Below, in pieces: positions 9,240-17,012 of a DNA stretch of 64,000 nt. The notes beneath the pieces were generated by a model. That model was not told the origin of the DNA. It saw nothing but the letters and a program-made list of their open reading frames with translations, and did no database searches. The stretch's first letter is position 1. Each line of letters starts with the position of its first letter. Origin of the DNA: Alphaproteobacteria bacterium (GTDB lineage Bacteria > Pseudomonadota > Alphaproteobacteria > UBA828); the NCBI GenBank assembly GCA_963667785.2, contig CAXXMU010000006.1, positions 992,001 through 1,056,000 of the forward strand, written 5' to 3'. Both the position numbers and the translations under genes were made by a program.

Positions 9240-9379
9240 GGCCTCGCTCTCGCCTGAAGGGTGGAAGCCAGAGCGTGACACGCTAAGAGTGATTACTCAA
9301 ATATATAATTCCCCTTATTATACCCCCGACTACCCCTGAGCACTTCAGCCCTTCCCGTTTCGCATGGCGGCGGGTGCCG

Positions 9380-9868
9380 TCAGCCAGTCGCAGTAGATCG
9401 ACGCGCATCTCGGGCAATGGGCCACGGCAGCGAGTGCCGCTCCGCGTGCCGACGCGCAGCCTTCTTCGCTACGTTCCCCTTGCCCGCGTCCGACAGCCCG
9501 ACCTCACGCGCGATCAACGCCCACGTCCCGCCGCGAGCCCTCGCCTCATACGCCAGCCGCCCCTTCTCCGACCAGGGCCGCCCAACCTTCCGAGGCGCCC
9601 CTTCCTCTTTCGGGGGAGAAGCACTCTCCGACGCCCCGACCCGGGAACCAGAAGACGCCTCCCTGTCCCCAGCCTCAAGGACCTCCCGATACCACGCCAG
9701 CCTCGGATCCCCGCCCCGCGCCGCTCGCTCGGCCAGCCGTTCCGTCCCCGAAGCATTCCACCCCGGACACCACCGGCACGCCCTCACCCAGTCCGGCCGC
9801 CCGAGCTGACCCAGCGCGTCAAGAACCCGATCCGCCGGCGAACCCTTCGGTGGCGCCGTCCACGTCAT
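9380..9868 (-). CDS. Phage-like HTH protein
   Basis: GGAAGGTGAG RBS; C-terminal GRLAYEARARGGTWALIAREVGLS HTH resembling terminase-small-subunit-type HTHs. Confidence 0.5.
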   Translation of the reverse strand: MTWTAPPKGSPADRVLDALGQLGRPDWVRACRWCPGWNASGTERLAERAARGGDPRLAWYREVLEAGDREASSGSRVGASESASPPKEEGAPRKVGRPWSEKGRLAYEARARGGTWALIAREVGLSDAGKGNVAKKAARRHAERHSLPWPIARDARRSTATG

Positions 9869-10170
9869 CTCACCTTCCACCGAATAATGAGACCCCTTAC
9901 GCCAGAGAATAGGATTGTGGGACCCCTCGTTCAATACTTTTTGGGACCCCCCAATCCCCCTGAGCACATACACAGTGGGGCCTACATCTGGGGATTCACC
10001 GCGCGCGGCCCCCACTTCGGATGGCCCCCCCTTTCGCGAGAGCGCCAGCGGGTCCCTCCCTGGGCGCATGGCTGAGGGCGCCTCGACCCACCACATCTTG
10101 CGATCGTCTCGGGGCAACGACGGTCATAATGCCCGTATCGGGCTAAGTGGCTGATCTGGCACGATACCCG

Positions 10171-10198
10171 ATTTCCCACAATGGGCATTATGCGAACA
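10171..10198 (-). other. dif-like XerC/XerD recombination site
   Basis: Minus strand TGTTCGCATAA-TGCCCA-TTGTGGGAAAT: 9/11 and 8/11 matches to the E. coli dif arms GGTGCGCATAA and TTATGTTAAAT, with a 6-bp spacer. Confidence 0.6.
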
Positions 10199-10485
10199 TC
10201 GCGTGCGCCTGACGCATGGCAGCGCGGGCCATGGGGTATGCGTGAAGCGCAGGGTCAGGGCCATCGGCCATGCAGTCAGCGCAGGGGGCACTCACAGAGG
10301 CGAGGATGACCGGCCTCGACGAGGGCATGGGCGATGGTGAATGGGGCAGGGGTAGCGGCAGGAAGGGTGAGCGGGTGTGGATGAGGGGGAGGAGAGCTAG
10401 GTGATGGAGGGTGGGTATGAGTGGTGTGTGGCTTGGGCTTTCAGGGCTCTGAGGCGCTCGGCGCTCGTCCATGCTCTCCGCCGCG

Positions 10486-10692
10486 TCACTCGGGCTGGCT
10501 CTCCTCGTCGGAAGGAGGACGCGGGGCGGGTGTGGCGTAGAGGGATGCGCAGTTTGGGCATGGATCGGCGGCGCGGGAGTATCCGATGATGCCGATGCGG
10601 TCGTATCGGGGGACGGGTCTGGGGCGCTGCGTCCAGGAGTGGGCGCAGCGGGCGCAGGTGAAGCGGTCGAGGATGGGGGCTTGGGGTTTCAG
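10486..10692 (-). CDS. Small zinc-ribbon protein (phage-like)
   Basis: FTCARCAHSW...PCPNCASL (two CxxC). The only apparent coupled start is a CTG overlapping the upstream TGA. Confidence 0.45.
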   Translation of the reverse strand: MKPQAPILDRFTCARCAHSWTQRPRPVPRYDRIGIIGYSRAADPCPNCASLYATPAPRPPSDEESQPE

Positions 10693-10847
10693 GGTTGGGG
10701 ATCGAGGCGCTTGGCGATGCGCATGAGGCGGGCGGCACATCGCTCGGCTCGACGCAGGCGGCGGTTGGAGTGGTCGAGGGCGCGGAGGACCAGGAACTCC
10801 GCGAGCTCGCGGAGCAGCCCGGCGAGGGCGGCGCGGGTCAGGGGCAT
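10689..10847 (-). CDS. Small hypothetical protein, 52 aa (phage-like)
   Basis: GGAG RBS; MPLTRAALAGLLRELAEFLVLRALD...; part of a tightly packed minus-strand run. Confidence 0.4.
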   Translation of the reverse strand: MPLTRAALAGLLRELAEFLVLRALDHSNRRLRRAERCAARLMRIAKRLDPQP

Positions 10848-10849
10848 GG

Positions 10850-11080
10850 TCAATATCTCCCGCCGTCTCGGGAGGGCCAGTGCGTGGGGAGGATGAGGTG
10901 TTCCGACGTCGGGACGTCTTTGGGATCCACGGTGAAGCGGGAGCGGGGACGGTCGAGCCAGGCGCGCGCTGCGAGGGCCGCGAGGGTGTCGAGATCGCCC
11001 AGAGGGTCGTAGCCGTCGAGGGGCTGGGCCGAGACGGTGCCGAGGCCGGCCTCGCGGAGCCGGGAGCGGTAGAGGGACAT
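10850..11080 (-). CDS. Small hypothetical protein (phage-like)
   Basis: 76-aa ORF tightly packed with its neighbours. Confidence 0.4.
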   Translation of the reverse strand: MSLYRSRLREAGLGTVSAQPLDGYDPLGDLDTLAALAARAWLDRPRSRFTVDPKDVPTSEHLILPTHWPSRDGGRY

Positions 11081-11084
11081 GGGC

Positions 11085-11411
11085 TCACCGCGCCACGCAC
11101 GCCATGATGGCGTGGAAGGGGGCGATGCCCGGGATCCGCAGATTGCCGCCGAGCGCAGGCGTCGACCACTCCAGGAATGTGGCGTGCTCGCCCACGGCGC
11201 TGAGGCTGACGATCGAGCCGCGCGGGAGGGCGAGCGCGATCTCGCTGGTCTCGATCAGCAGGTGATCGTCGGAGCAGGCGACGGCGGTGGGCTGCTCCTC
11301 CTCGCTCGCGGCGGGGAGGGCGAAGCCGAAGACGCGTTGGTTATGCGAGTTTCGATCCGTCGTGCGCGTCTTGGTCTGCCCAGCGGGCTCCAGCAGCGCA
11401 TTGTGCTCCAA
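11085..11411 (-). CDS. Hypothetical protein, start uncertain
   Basis: C-terminal half looks protein-like (LIETSEIALALPRGSIVSL...); tightly packed with the downstream ORF. Confidence 0.3.
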   Translation of the reverse strand: MEHNALLEPAGQTKTRTTDRNSHNQRVFGFALPAASEEEQPTAVACSDDHLLIETSEIALALPRGSIVSLSAVGEHATFLEWSTPALGGNLRIPGIAPFHAIMACVAR

Positions 11412-12074
11412 CTCCCACGCCGTTTACACGAGCGCGCCGTCGAACCACTGAAGCGGAGTCCAGCCCCGTTTCGCGCACACGCTCCGCTGGTCAATGGTGA
11501 ACACTGCCCCAGCGGACGGGATAGCCGGAGACGATGGCGTTCGCTGGCCTATCGGGGTCTCGATGGCGGAGCCGGCCTGACGGCGCCGGAGCCGCCCCAG
11601 GATGGGCGCTGCACCATATGGGGGGGAAGTGCCGCCCGTCTCGTCTCGGCGATCCTGCGCCACGTATGGCGCTTGGCAGCCTGTCTCAGCCCGTAACCAT
11701 CACCGGAGCCGAGCTCGTGCGTGACCAGCGAGAGCGCGGCCACCACGACGATGGCAACGACGACGCGGTTGGCTGCCTGCCGGGAGCGAACCGCGGGGCA
11801 AGCCGGGGCTGCACAATACCCGACATGCCAGATCGCAGGATCGGGATGACGGAGTGGGGGCACGGTGACGGGATCCACCGGATAACGTGGCATCCGGATA
11901 ACGGGGCACGACGTCACCCGCACCACCGGCACATTGATCGAAGACAGGCGGGATCGTCCCGAGCGGTTCCGGAGCGTCGCGCGAAATCTCCTCTCGAATA
12001 GGATGGATAATAGGGAGTGGAGATGCGCTATATCCGCCAATACTGTTCTGAATCAGCATCATATGAAAGAGCCG

Positions 12075-12167
12075 TGGCGGAGGGAGTGGGATTCGAACCC
12101 ACGGTACGGCTTGTCACCGTACAACGGTTTAGCAAACCGCCGCCTTCGACCACTCGGCCATCCCTCC
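12075..12167 (-). tRNA. tRNA-Ser(GCT)
   Basis: GGAGGGATGGCCGAGTGG...GCGGT-TTGCTAA-ACCGT...long variable arm...GGTTCGAATCC...CCTCCGCCA, with encoded CCA. Confidence 0.97.
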
Positions 12168-12300
12168 GGTCGCGACCCTCGGCGACTGAGCCCCGCTCTT
12201 TTACGGAGCCGGCCGGAACGCTGTCAACAACCCGCCCGATCGGGGCCGGCGCCGGCGCTTCGTGCCCGCCGGGGCATCCCCGGGCGTGCAGGCGCGGCGC

Positions 12301-12711
12301 CTACTCGGACGCCTGCTCCGACGCCTCCTCGCCCGCGAATTTCCAGTAGGTGTCCTTGGTGACGACCTTGCCGTCCTCGTTCAGCTCCCAGATGTCGCAA
12401 CCGAGCCAGTTGATCTCGTTGCCGTTGGTCTCGGTGCCGGTCACGGTCCACTCGGAGCAGCCCCGGTTTCCGCCGACCCAGTGGCTGCGAATGTGCCAGT
12501 ACATGTCGGGAACGGTGCGGAAGCGCCTGTGCGCCATGGCGCGGATCTCGTCCAACCCGCGCGCACGCCCGCCCTCGGGCGGCACGCCCCGCGAGAGCAG
12601 CCAGGACGAATCCTCGGCGAAGTGGCGGACGATGCCCTCCACGTCGTGCCGGTTGTAGGCGTCGCAGACCTCTGTAATCACCGCGAGGTTGCGGCGTTCG
12701 TCGTCGTTCAT
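12301..12711 (-). CDS. SnoaL/NTF2-like protein
   Basis: AYNRHDVEGIVRHFAED...SEWTVTG...GCDIWEL...KDTYWK. Confidence 0.85.
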   Translation of the reverse strand: MNDDERRNLAVITEVCDAYNRHDVEGIVRHFAEDSSWLLSRGVPPEGGRARGLDEIRAMAHRRFRTVPDMYWHIRSHWVGGNRGCSEWTVTGTETNGNEINWLGCDIWELNEDGKVVTKDTYWKFAGEEASEQASE

Positions 12712-12721
12712 CGTCTCTCCC

Positions 12722-14104
12722 TCACTGGGTGCAGCCGCCGGCGGCCGCCGGTCGTGCCTCGATCGGGCCTTCCTCCGGGACGGTATCCAGGAGATGGCCG
12801 TGGTGGGTCAGGAATTCGTCGACCGCCTCGACAAGGCCGTCGCAGTCGGCGTCGGCAATGGCGAGACAGGGCGCCATGTAGCCGCGCCGCGCGGTGAAGA
12901 AGCCCTTGTCGATCAGGTCGAGATGCAGGAGCTGCCGCAGGCGCGCGTCTCTGGGCGCGATGTCGCGGATCGAGCGGATCGGCTCGCGTTGCAGATGCAT
13001 CGTCAGGATCGAGCCCAGCCCGGTGACCTGGAACGATACGTCGCGACGGGCGGCGAGCCCGTTGAGGGCGTCGCGCAGCGCATCGCCGGTCTCGTTGAGC
13101 GCGACCTGCACCTCCGGCGTGAACACCTTCTCCAGGCCGGCGGCGCCTGCGATCAGCATGAACACGTTGTTGTTGAAGGTGCCGTGGTGAACGATGGAAT
13201 CGGGTCTGGAGGGGTCGTAGATCTTCAGGATCTCCGCAGGACCGCCCAGGGCGCCGCAGGAAAAGCCGCCGCCGATGTATTTCCCGAGCGTGGTCAGGTC
13301 GGGGACGATGCCGAGCTGGCCCTGGCGCCCGCCCGGTGCCACCCGCGAGGTCATCACCTCGTCGAAGACCAGGAGAACGTCGTGGGCGCTGCAGGCCTCG
13401 CGCAACGCCCCGAGGAATTCGGCCGAGGCCGGGATCGCACCGGACGCGCCCTGGAGGGGTTCGACCAGCACCGCGGCGAGGCGGTGCGCGTTCTCCCGGA
13501 TCAGGCGCCGCGCCTCTTCCGCGTCGTTGTAGGGGGCGATCACGAAGGGGAAGGGCACGGCGATCGGCGCGGCCTCGCGGCCGAAGTAGATGGTGCCGCC
13601 GTGATAGGCGCCCTCGAACACCATGATCGAGTCTTTTCCCGTCACCGCGCGCGCCGTGACCATGGCCAGGATGTTGCCTTCGGTGCCCGAGGTGGTGAAC
13701 CGCACCTGCTCGACGGAAGGGAAGCGCGCGCAGACCAGTGCCGCGAGCCGGGCCTCGTAGGGGCTCGCCGAGCCATAGGAAATTCCGGACTCCAGCGTCG
13801 CCATCACCGCCTCCCGGATCACCGGGTGCGAGTGGCCGTAGAGCCCCGCGGAGAAGTCGCCGACGAAGTCGGTGTAGGTGTGGCCGTCCACGTCGGTCAG
13901 CGCAGCGCCCGCCGCGCTCTCGATGGCGAGCGGAAAGGGCGCATAGAACATGCCGGTGCGGGTGTTGCCGCCGGGCATGCTCGCGCGTGCTTGCTCGTAC
14001 TGCGCCCGGCTGCCGGGATTGGCCGCGGCATAGCGTGCCGTCACCTCGGTGACGGCGCTCTCGAGATCGAGATTCTGTCCGTCCGGCCGGACGTCCGTCG
14101 CCAT
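12722..14104 (-). CDS. Class III PLP aminotransferase (GSA-aminomutase-like)
   Basis: MPGGNTR, RFTTSGTEG, FDEVMT, TLGKYIGGG, HHGTFNNN. Confidence 0.9.
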   Translation of the reverse strand: MATDVRPDGQNLDLESAVTEVTARYAAANPGSRAQYEQARASMPGGNTRTGMFYAPFPLAIESAAGAALTDVDGHTYTDFVGDFSAGLYGHSHPVIREAVMATLESGISYGSASPYEARLAALVCARFPSVEQVRFTTSGTEGNILAMVTARAVTGKDSIMVFEGAYHGGTIYFGREAAPIAVPFPFVIAPYNDAEEARRLIRENAHRLAAVLVEPLQGASGAIPASAEFLGALREACSAHDVLLVFDEVMTSRVAPGGRQGQLGIVPDLTTLGKYIGGGFSCGALGGPAEILKIYDPSRPDSIVHHGTFNNNVFMLIAGAAGLEKVFTPEVQVALNETGDALRDALNGLAARRDVSFQVTGLGSILTMHLQREPIRSIRDIAPRDARLRQLLHLDLIDKGFFTARRGYMAPCLAIADADCDGLVEAVDEFLTHHGHLLDTVPEEGPIEARPAAAGGCTQ

Positions 14105-14333
14105 GCCGCGCCTCCCGTGGGGTTGGGGCGGCAGACGATAGCCGCAGGGCCTGCGGCGCGGCAAGGCCGTCCCGGCGCGCGGTACGCGCGAGCATGATTC
14201 CGCGCGTACCGCGCGACGCAGACCGTGACCCCGGTGAGACATCCGGGCTAGTATCCGGGCCGCGCGCATCAGGCGCGCGCGAGCCATGCCGCCCGATGCA
14301 GAGAAGCGTGCAACGGAGGGAGGGACAGCCTCT

Positions 14334-15152
14334 ATGCCCGAACTGCTTCGGCCCGCTTCGGTCGACGAGGCGGCCGGCCTTTTCGCGAGCCACGGCGCTG
14401 CGGCGGCGATCCTCGCCGGCGGCACCAGCCTGATGCGCGAGACCCATCCGTCGGACGACGGCGTTCTGATCGCGTTGGACCGGCTCGGCCTCGACCGGGT
14501 GGAAAGCCGCGACGGCGGCTGGTCGGTGGGCGCTGCGGTCTCGCTGAGCGAGCTCCGCGCCGCCGTGCCGATCCCGGCGCTCCAGGCGGCGACCCGCGAG
14601 ATCGGCGGGCCTGCGGTGCAGAACATGGCGACGGTCGGTGGCAACCTGTTCGCGCGCGCCCCCTTCGGCGACCTCGCGCCCGCGCTGCTGGCGCTCGGCG
14701 CGCGTCTCGTCTTCGCCAGCGCCGACGGCGAGGAGGAGCAGCCGATCGAGGCGTTCTATGCCGGCTGGTCGGAGGACGGCGCGCCCCGTGCGGGCCTGCT
14801 GACGCGGATCGAGATCGATGCGCCCGCAGGCGCCGTCTCCTACCTGAAGTGCGCCCGGCGCCGCTATGCGAGCCCTTCGGTGGTCAGCGTCGCCGCCTCG
14901 GTGGAGAAGGACGGCGGCGGCGCGGTGAGCGACGCCCGGATCGCGCTGAGCGGCGCGAGCGCGCATCCCTTCTGCTGCGCCGCGGCCGAGCAGGCGGTGA
15001 TCGGCTCCGGCCTGGACGACGCGGCGATGGCGGCGGCGGGCGCGGCGGCCGAGGCAGCGGTGACGCCCGCCACCGACCCGGTGGCGAGCGACTGGTACCG
15101 CCGGCGCATGGCCGGCGTCTTCGTGCGCCGCGCGCTGGCGGCGCTCGCCTGA
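14334..15152 (+). CDS. Mo-hydroxylase FAD subunit (CoxM/XdhB-like)
   Basis: LAGGTSL, QNMATVGGNL, SDWYRR. Confidence 0.9.
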   Translation: MPELLRPASVDEAAGLFASHGAAAAILAGGTSLMRETHPSDDGVLIALDRLGLDRVESRDGGWSVGAAVSLSELRAAVPIPALQAATREIGGPAVQNMATVGGNLFARAPFGDLAPALLALGARLVFASADGEEEQPIEAFYAGWSEDGAPRAGLLTRIEIDAPAGAVSYLKCARRRYASPSVVSVAASVEKDGGGAVSDARIALSGASAHPFCCAAAEQAVIGSGLDDAAMAAAGAAAEAAVTPATDPVASDWYRRRMAGVFVRRALAALA

Positions 15153-15174
15153 AGACGTCGAGCGGGAGACGGGA

Positions 15175-15666
15175 ATGGAAGCCAAGCTGATACGTCTCAC
15201 GGTCAACGGTCGTGACGAGACCGTGGTGGCGGACCCGCTGGCGACGCTGCAGGACGTGCTTCGCGACACGCTGCAGCTCACCGCGGTCAAGAGCGGCTGC
15301 GGCCAGGGCGGCTGCGGGAGCTGCTCGGTGCTGGTGGACGGCGAGCTGCGACTCTCCTGCCTGACGCTGGCCGAGCGGGTCGAGGGCACGGAGGTGACCA
15401 CCCTCGAAGGCCTCAACGAGACGAACGCGATCGTGCCGCTGCAGCAGGCCTTCGTCGAGAACTACGCGGCGCAGTGCGGCTACTGCACCGCCGGCATGGT
15501 GATGGCGGCGAAGGCGCTGCTCGACCGCAATCCGGCGCCGAGCCGGGACGAGATCGTCGAGGGGCTCTCGGGCAATCTCTGCCGCTGCACCGGGTTCGCG
15601 CCGATCGTCCGCGCCGTGCAGCAGGCCGCGCAGGCGCTGTCGGATACAGGCGAGGAGGCGAGCTGA
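15175..15666 (+). CDS. Mo-hydroxylase 2x[2Fe-2S] subunit (CoxS-like)
   Basis: GCGQGGCGSC, QCGYCTAG, GNLCRCTG. Confidence 0.95.
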   Translation: MEAKLIRLTVNGRDETVVADPLATLQDVLRDTLQLTAVKSGCGQGGCGSCSVLVDGELRLSCLTLAERVEGTEVTTLEGLNETNAIVPLQQAFVENYAAQCGYCTAGMVMAAKALLDRNPAPSRDEIVEGLSGNLCRCTGFAPIVRAVQQAAQALSDTGEEAS

Positions 15667-17012
15667 TGTCGATGAAGCAACTCGGAGTCGTCGGCCGGAA
15701 CGTCGGGCAGCGCGACCTCGAAAGCCACGCGCGCGGGCAGACGACCTATTACGAGGACGTTCACTACCCGCGCATGCTGCACCTCAAGATGCACCGGAGC
15801 GCCGAGCCCCATGCCCGTATCGTGAGCGTGGACACCAGCGCCGCCCAGGCCAGCCCCGGCGTCGTCTGCGTGCTGACCCACGAGGACCTGCCGGGCAAGA
15901 AGGTGTGGAACGGGCTTGCCGCCGTCGGCGTCGGCCCTGAGGACGAGCCGATCCTCGCCTTCGACAAGGTACGCTGGCGGGGCGAGCCGATCGTCGCCGT
16001 GCTGGGCGAGAGCGCGGAAGCCGCCCGCGCCGGCGCCGCTAAGGTGAAGGTGGAGTACGACCCGCTCCCCGGCGTCTTCGACGTGGAGGAGGCGATCGCA
16101 GGCGCGGCACCGGCGCTCACCGCCCACTGGCCGCGCAACCACTACATCTATCCCGACGATCACGCGGCCGCCCAAATCCGCTACGGCGATGTCGAGGCCG
16201 GCTTCGCCGACGCCGATCACATCGTCGAGGACCGCTACCAGACCAGCCCCATCGAGCAGGCGCCGATGGAGACCAACGGCTGCATCGCCAAGCCCGGCGG
16301 CGACGGGCGCATCACGGTGCACACCAACACGCAGGCCGTGCACTTCGCCCGCGACAACACCGCCGCCATTCTCGGCATCGCGCCGGGCAAGCTGCGCTTC
16401 CTCGGCGGCACGGTGGGCGGCGGCTTCGGCGGCAAGGTGGACGTGGCGGTCGAGCCCATCTCGGTGCTTGGCGCCATGAGGACCGGCCGCCCGGTCAAGT
16501 TCAAGTACACGCGGGAGGAGGAGATGCAGGTCTCGTCCACCCGCTCCGCCTGGCGCCTCTACATCAAGGACGGGGTGATGAACGACGGGCGCATCGTCGC
16601 CCGCAAGATCACGTCGTATCAGGATTCCGGCGCCTATCTGCGCTTCAGCTCCTACGGCTCGATGAAGCATGCCGGCCACATGCCGGGGCCCTATACCATC
16701 CCCAACGTATGGGTCGACGCGCGCGTGGTGTTCACCAACCGGCCGCCGTCGAGCGCCATGCGCGGCTTCGGCGTCATGGCCGCCTCCTTCGCCATCGAAC
16801 TGCAGATGGACAAGATCGCCAAGACGATCGGCATGGACCCGTGGCAGCTCCGGCTGCTCAACGCCTACCGCAACGACGACATGAAGGCGCACCGCAAGGA
16901 GGTCGAGGACGCGGCGATGGTGGAGACCATCCAGGCGGCGGCCAAGCTCGCCGGCCAGGAGTTGCCGGCGGAGTACCAAGCGATGACCTCCTGGGACAGA
17001 AAGGCAAGCTGA
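15666..17012 (+). CDS. Xanthine-dehydrogenase-family molybdopterin subunit, N-terminal half
   Basis: GGGFGGK, AMRGFG; TGATG coupling with the upstream gene. Confidence 0.92.
   Translation: MSMKQLGVVGRNVGQRDLESHARGQTTYYEDVHYPRMLHLKMHRSAEPHARIVSVDTSAAQASPGVVCVLTHEDLPGKKVWNGLAAVGVGPEDEPILAFDKVRWRGEPIVAVLGESAEAARAGAAKVKVEYDPLPGVFDVEEAIAGAAPALTAHWPRNHYIYPDDHAAAQIRYGDVEAGFADADHIVEDRYQTSPIEQAPMETNGCIAKPGGDGRITVHTNTQAVHFARDNTAAILGIAPGKLRFLGGTVGGGFGGKVDVAVEPISVLGAMRTGRPVKFKYTREEEMQVSSTRSAWRLYIKDGVMNDGRIVARKITSYQDSGAYLRFSSYGSMKHAGHMPGPYTIPNVWVDARVVFTNRPPSSAMRGFGVMAASFAIELQMDKIAKTIGMDPWQLRLLNAYRNDDMKAHRKEVEDAAMVETIQAAAKLAGQELPAEYQAMTSWDRKAS

Larger units (their letters stand above)
5737..9314 (+). mobile_element. 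IS1595-family (ISNwi1-like) transporter IS with passenger genes, 3578 bp
   Basis: Imperfect 25-bp TIRs GGGAAATTATATCCTTCACTAAGCA (5737-5761) and GGGGAATTATATATTTGAGTAATCA (rc of 9290-9314), 19/25 identical, fitting the ISNwi1 ggnnatTAT signature. Transposase lies next to the left TIR. Confidence 0.85.

Noticed and set aside
1-9314. CRISPR-associated transposon (cas genes next to a transposase)
   Set aside because: The transposase is IS1595-type, its TIRs exclude the cas genes, it disrupts csb2, cas3 is present, and there is no tnsABC/tniQ.
10171-10198. Chromosomal dif/terminus (ftsK is in the window)
   Set aside because: The site lies in an island, and the local skew and KOPS-like octamer point away from it. 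ftsK proximity is uninformative.
11422-11454. Possible degenerate type I-G repeat (GTTT...CCACTGAAGC) or mini-array
   Set aside because: Single copy, no convincing palindrome or second repeat, and the cognate repeat is not in the window for comparison.
12722-14104. hemL assignment
   Set aside because: GGNTR/HGTFNNN-type paralogue in a catabolic context; no tetrapyrrole genes nearby.
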